Positions 63,105 to 64,000 of a DNA stretch of 64,000 nt are shown in pieces; the first letter of the stretch is position 1; each line of letters opens with the position of its first letter. The stretch is taken from NCBI GenBank assembly GCA_000708835.1, contig DF237199.1:1-64000 (forward strand). Direction: 5' to 3'. The position numbers and the translations under genes are program-made. Source of the stretch: Klebsormidium nitens (Eukaryota; Plantae; Klebsormidiophyceae). Under the pieces are notes generated by a model. The model had not been told where the DNA came from. It made no database searches and saw nothing but the letters and a program-made list of their open reading frames with translations.

Positions 63105-64000
63105 ACAATCCTTGGCAAAGCTGAGGACCATTCGAGGGGCGGCCCTATACGAAGGAAGCGACACCAAGCCTGGGCCTTGTACCAGTTTTCCAGCCAACAA
63201 ATCCACACGACTGGCGGCGCTTCCAATGATGGATTCAAGTCCACAGGCCCCGGGGCCTCGGAGTCTGTCGCCCCTGTCACCCGAGAAGCGCTCCGCTTGT
63301 CTGTTGATGCGGCGCGCGCAAAACCGCAAGATCGGGCACTTTCTGGCCTGGACGGTGGGGAGGAAGAAGCTAACCAGGGAACAAAGCAGCGTCCTGAAAG
63401 GAGTGGTAGGACGGGGCCAGGAAGTAGGGAAGAGGCCTGCGAGGGAACTCGAAGAACCGCTAAGCGGCAGCAAGAAGGCACGCGGGAAGAGTTTGGGTGA
63501 GGGTTTTCACCAGGAGCCTCGAGTCCCAAAAAGGAGAAAGCGCGAGTACACCGAAGCGAGTATAGCGCCAGAGGCTGCCATGGAGACTCCAGCCAAAGAA
63601 CTGTTCAGAGCGGCTGGGTCCACTTTGAAACCAAACGGAAGTAGTGCAGGGGGTGCACGTCAAGAAGAAGTGAAACCTCAATCGCATGGGGCATCACACA
63701 GCATGGGGGAGAAGCGGGGCAAGCGCAGAATTACGCCGATCCCCAGCCCGCCAGTCAGCCGGCCTGTCTCCGCAGAGTCGAGTGTCATAAGAAACGAGGG
63801 GCCGGATGCTGAGGAGGCCTCCCAGCAGAGTGCGCTGGTGCGTGATCTGGCTGAGAGCTTTAGCACAGTTAGCACGGACGAAAAAGGCTCTGTTGCTGCA
63901 AACCAGGCCGTGCCTTGGAGGTTGTCCGAAGCTGAGGAAGGGGCTCCATCCGGGTCGGGACCGCCCCCAGCTTCCCAAACTCGACAAGCCAAACCCGTGA
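63105..64000 (+). CDS. Internal exon of an unknown low-complexity protein, truncated by the window end
   Basis: Pyrimidine-rich acceptor TTGTTCTCAG at 63104, then a stop-free frame to 64000 (QSLAKLRTIRGAALYEG...PKRRKREYTE...SQTRQAKPV). No recognisable domain. Confidence 0.6.

Overview
Eukaryotic nuclear DNA with spliceosomal GT-AG introns and GC-rich exons. A plastid-targeted MurC plus a land-plant-type orphan protein point to an early-diverging streptophyte; a Klebsormidium-like alga is my inference. All exon calls below were made by hand from splice signals and reading-frame continuity. In order: (1) 1-5747, a decayed transposon-like block holding a multi-exon pseudogene with a possible degenerate DNA-methyltransferase-like fold, an intronless OTU protease ORF, subterminal repeats and a Helitron-like hairpin+CTAG end. 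(2) An HMG-box gene (-). (3) A 12-exon MurC (+). (4) A ~3,700-aa SEN1/UPF1-type SF1B helicase with a huge acidic disordered N-terminus (+). (5) A UBZ-finger/coiled-coil plant-type protein (-). (6) A HEPN-motif-like pseudogene. (7) A Tourist/Harbinger-type MITE. (8) REI1/ZNF622 (-). (9) Two tandem bacterial-type (YhhW-like) pirins (+). (10) A RING-H2+PHD protein (-). (11) A truncated low-complexity gene at the right edge. I recognised no rRNA, tRNA or CRISPR array. The most novel-looking signals are the MTase-like/OTU element and a C-x2-C-x9-C-x3-G-H motif shared by the helicase and the RING-PHD protein.
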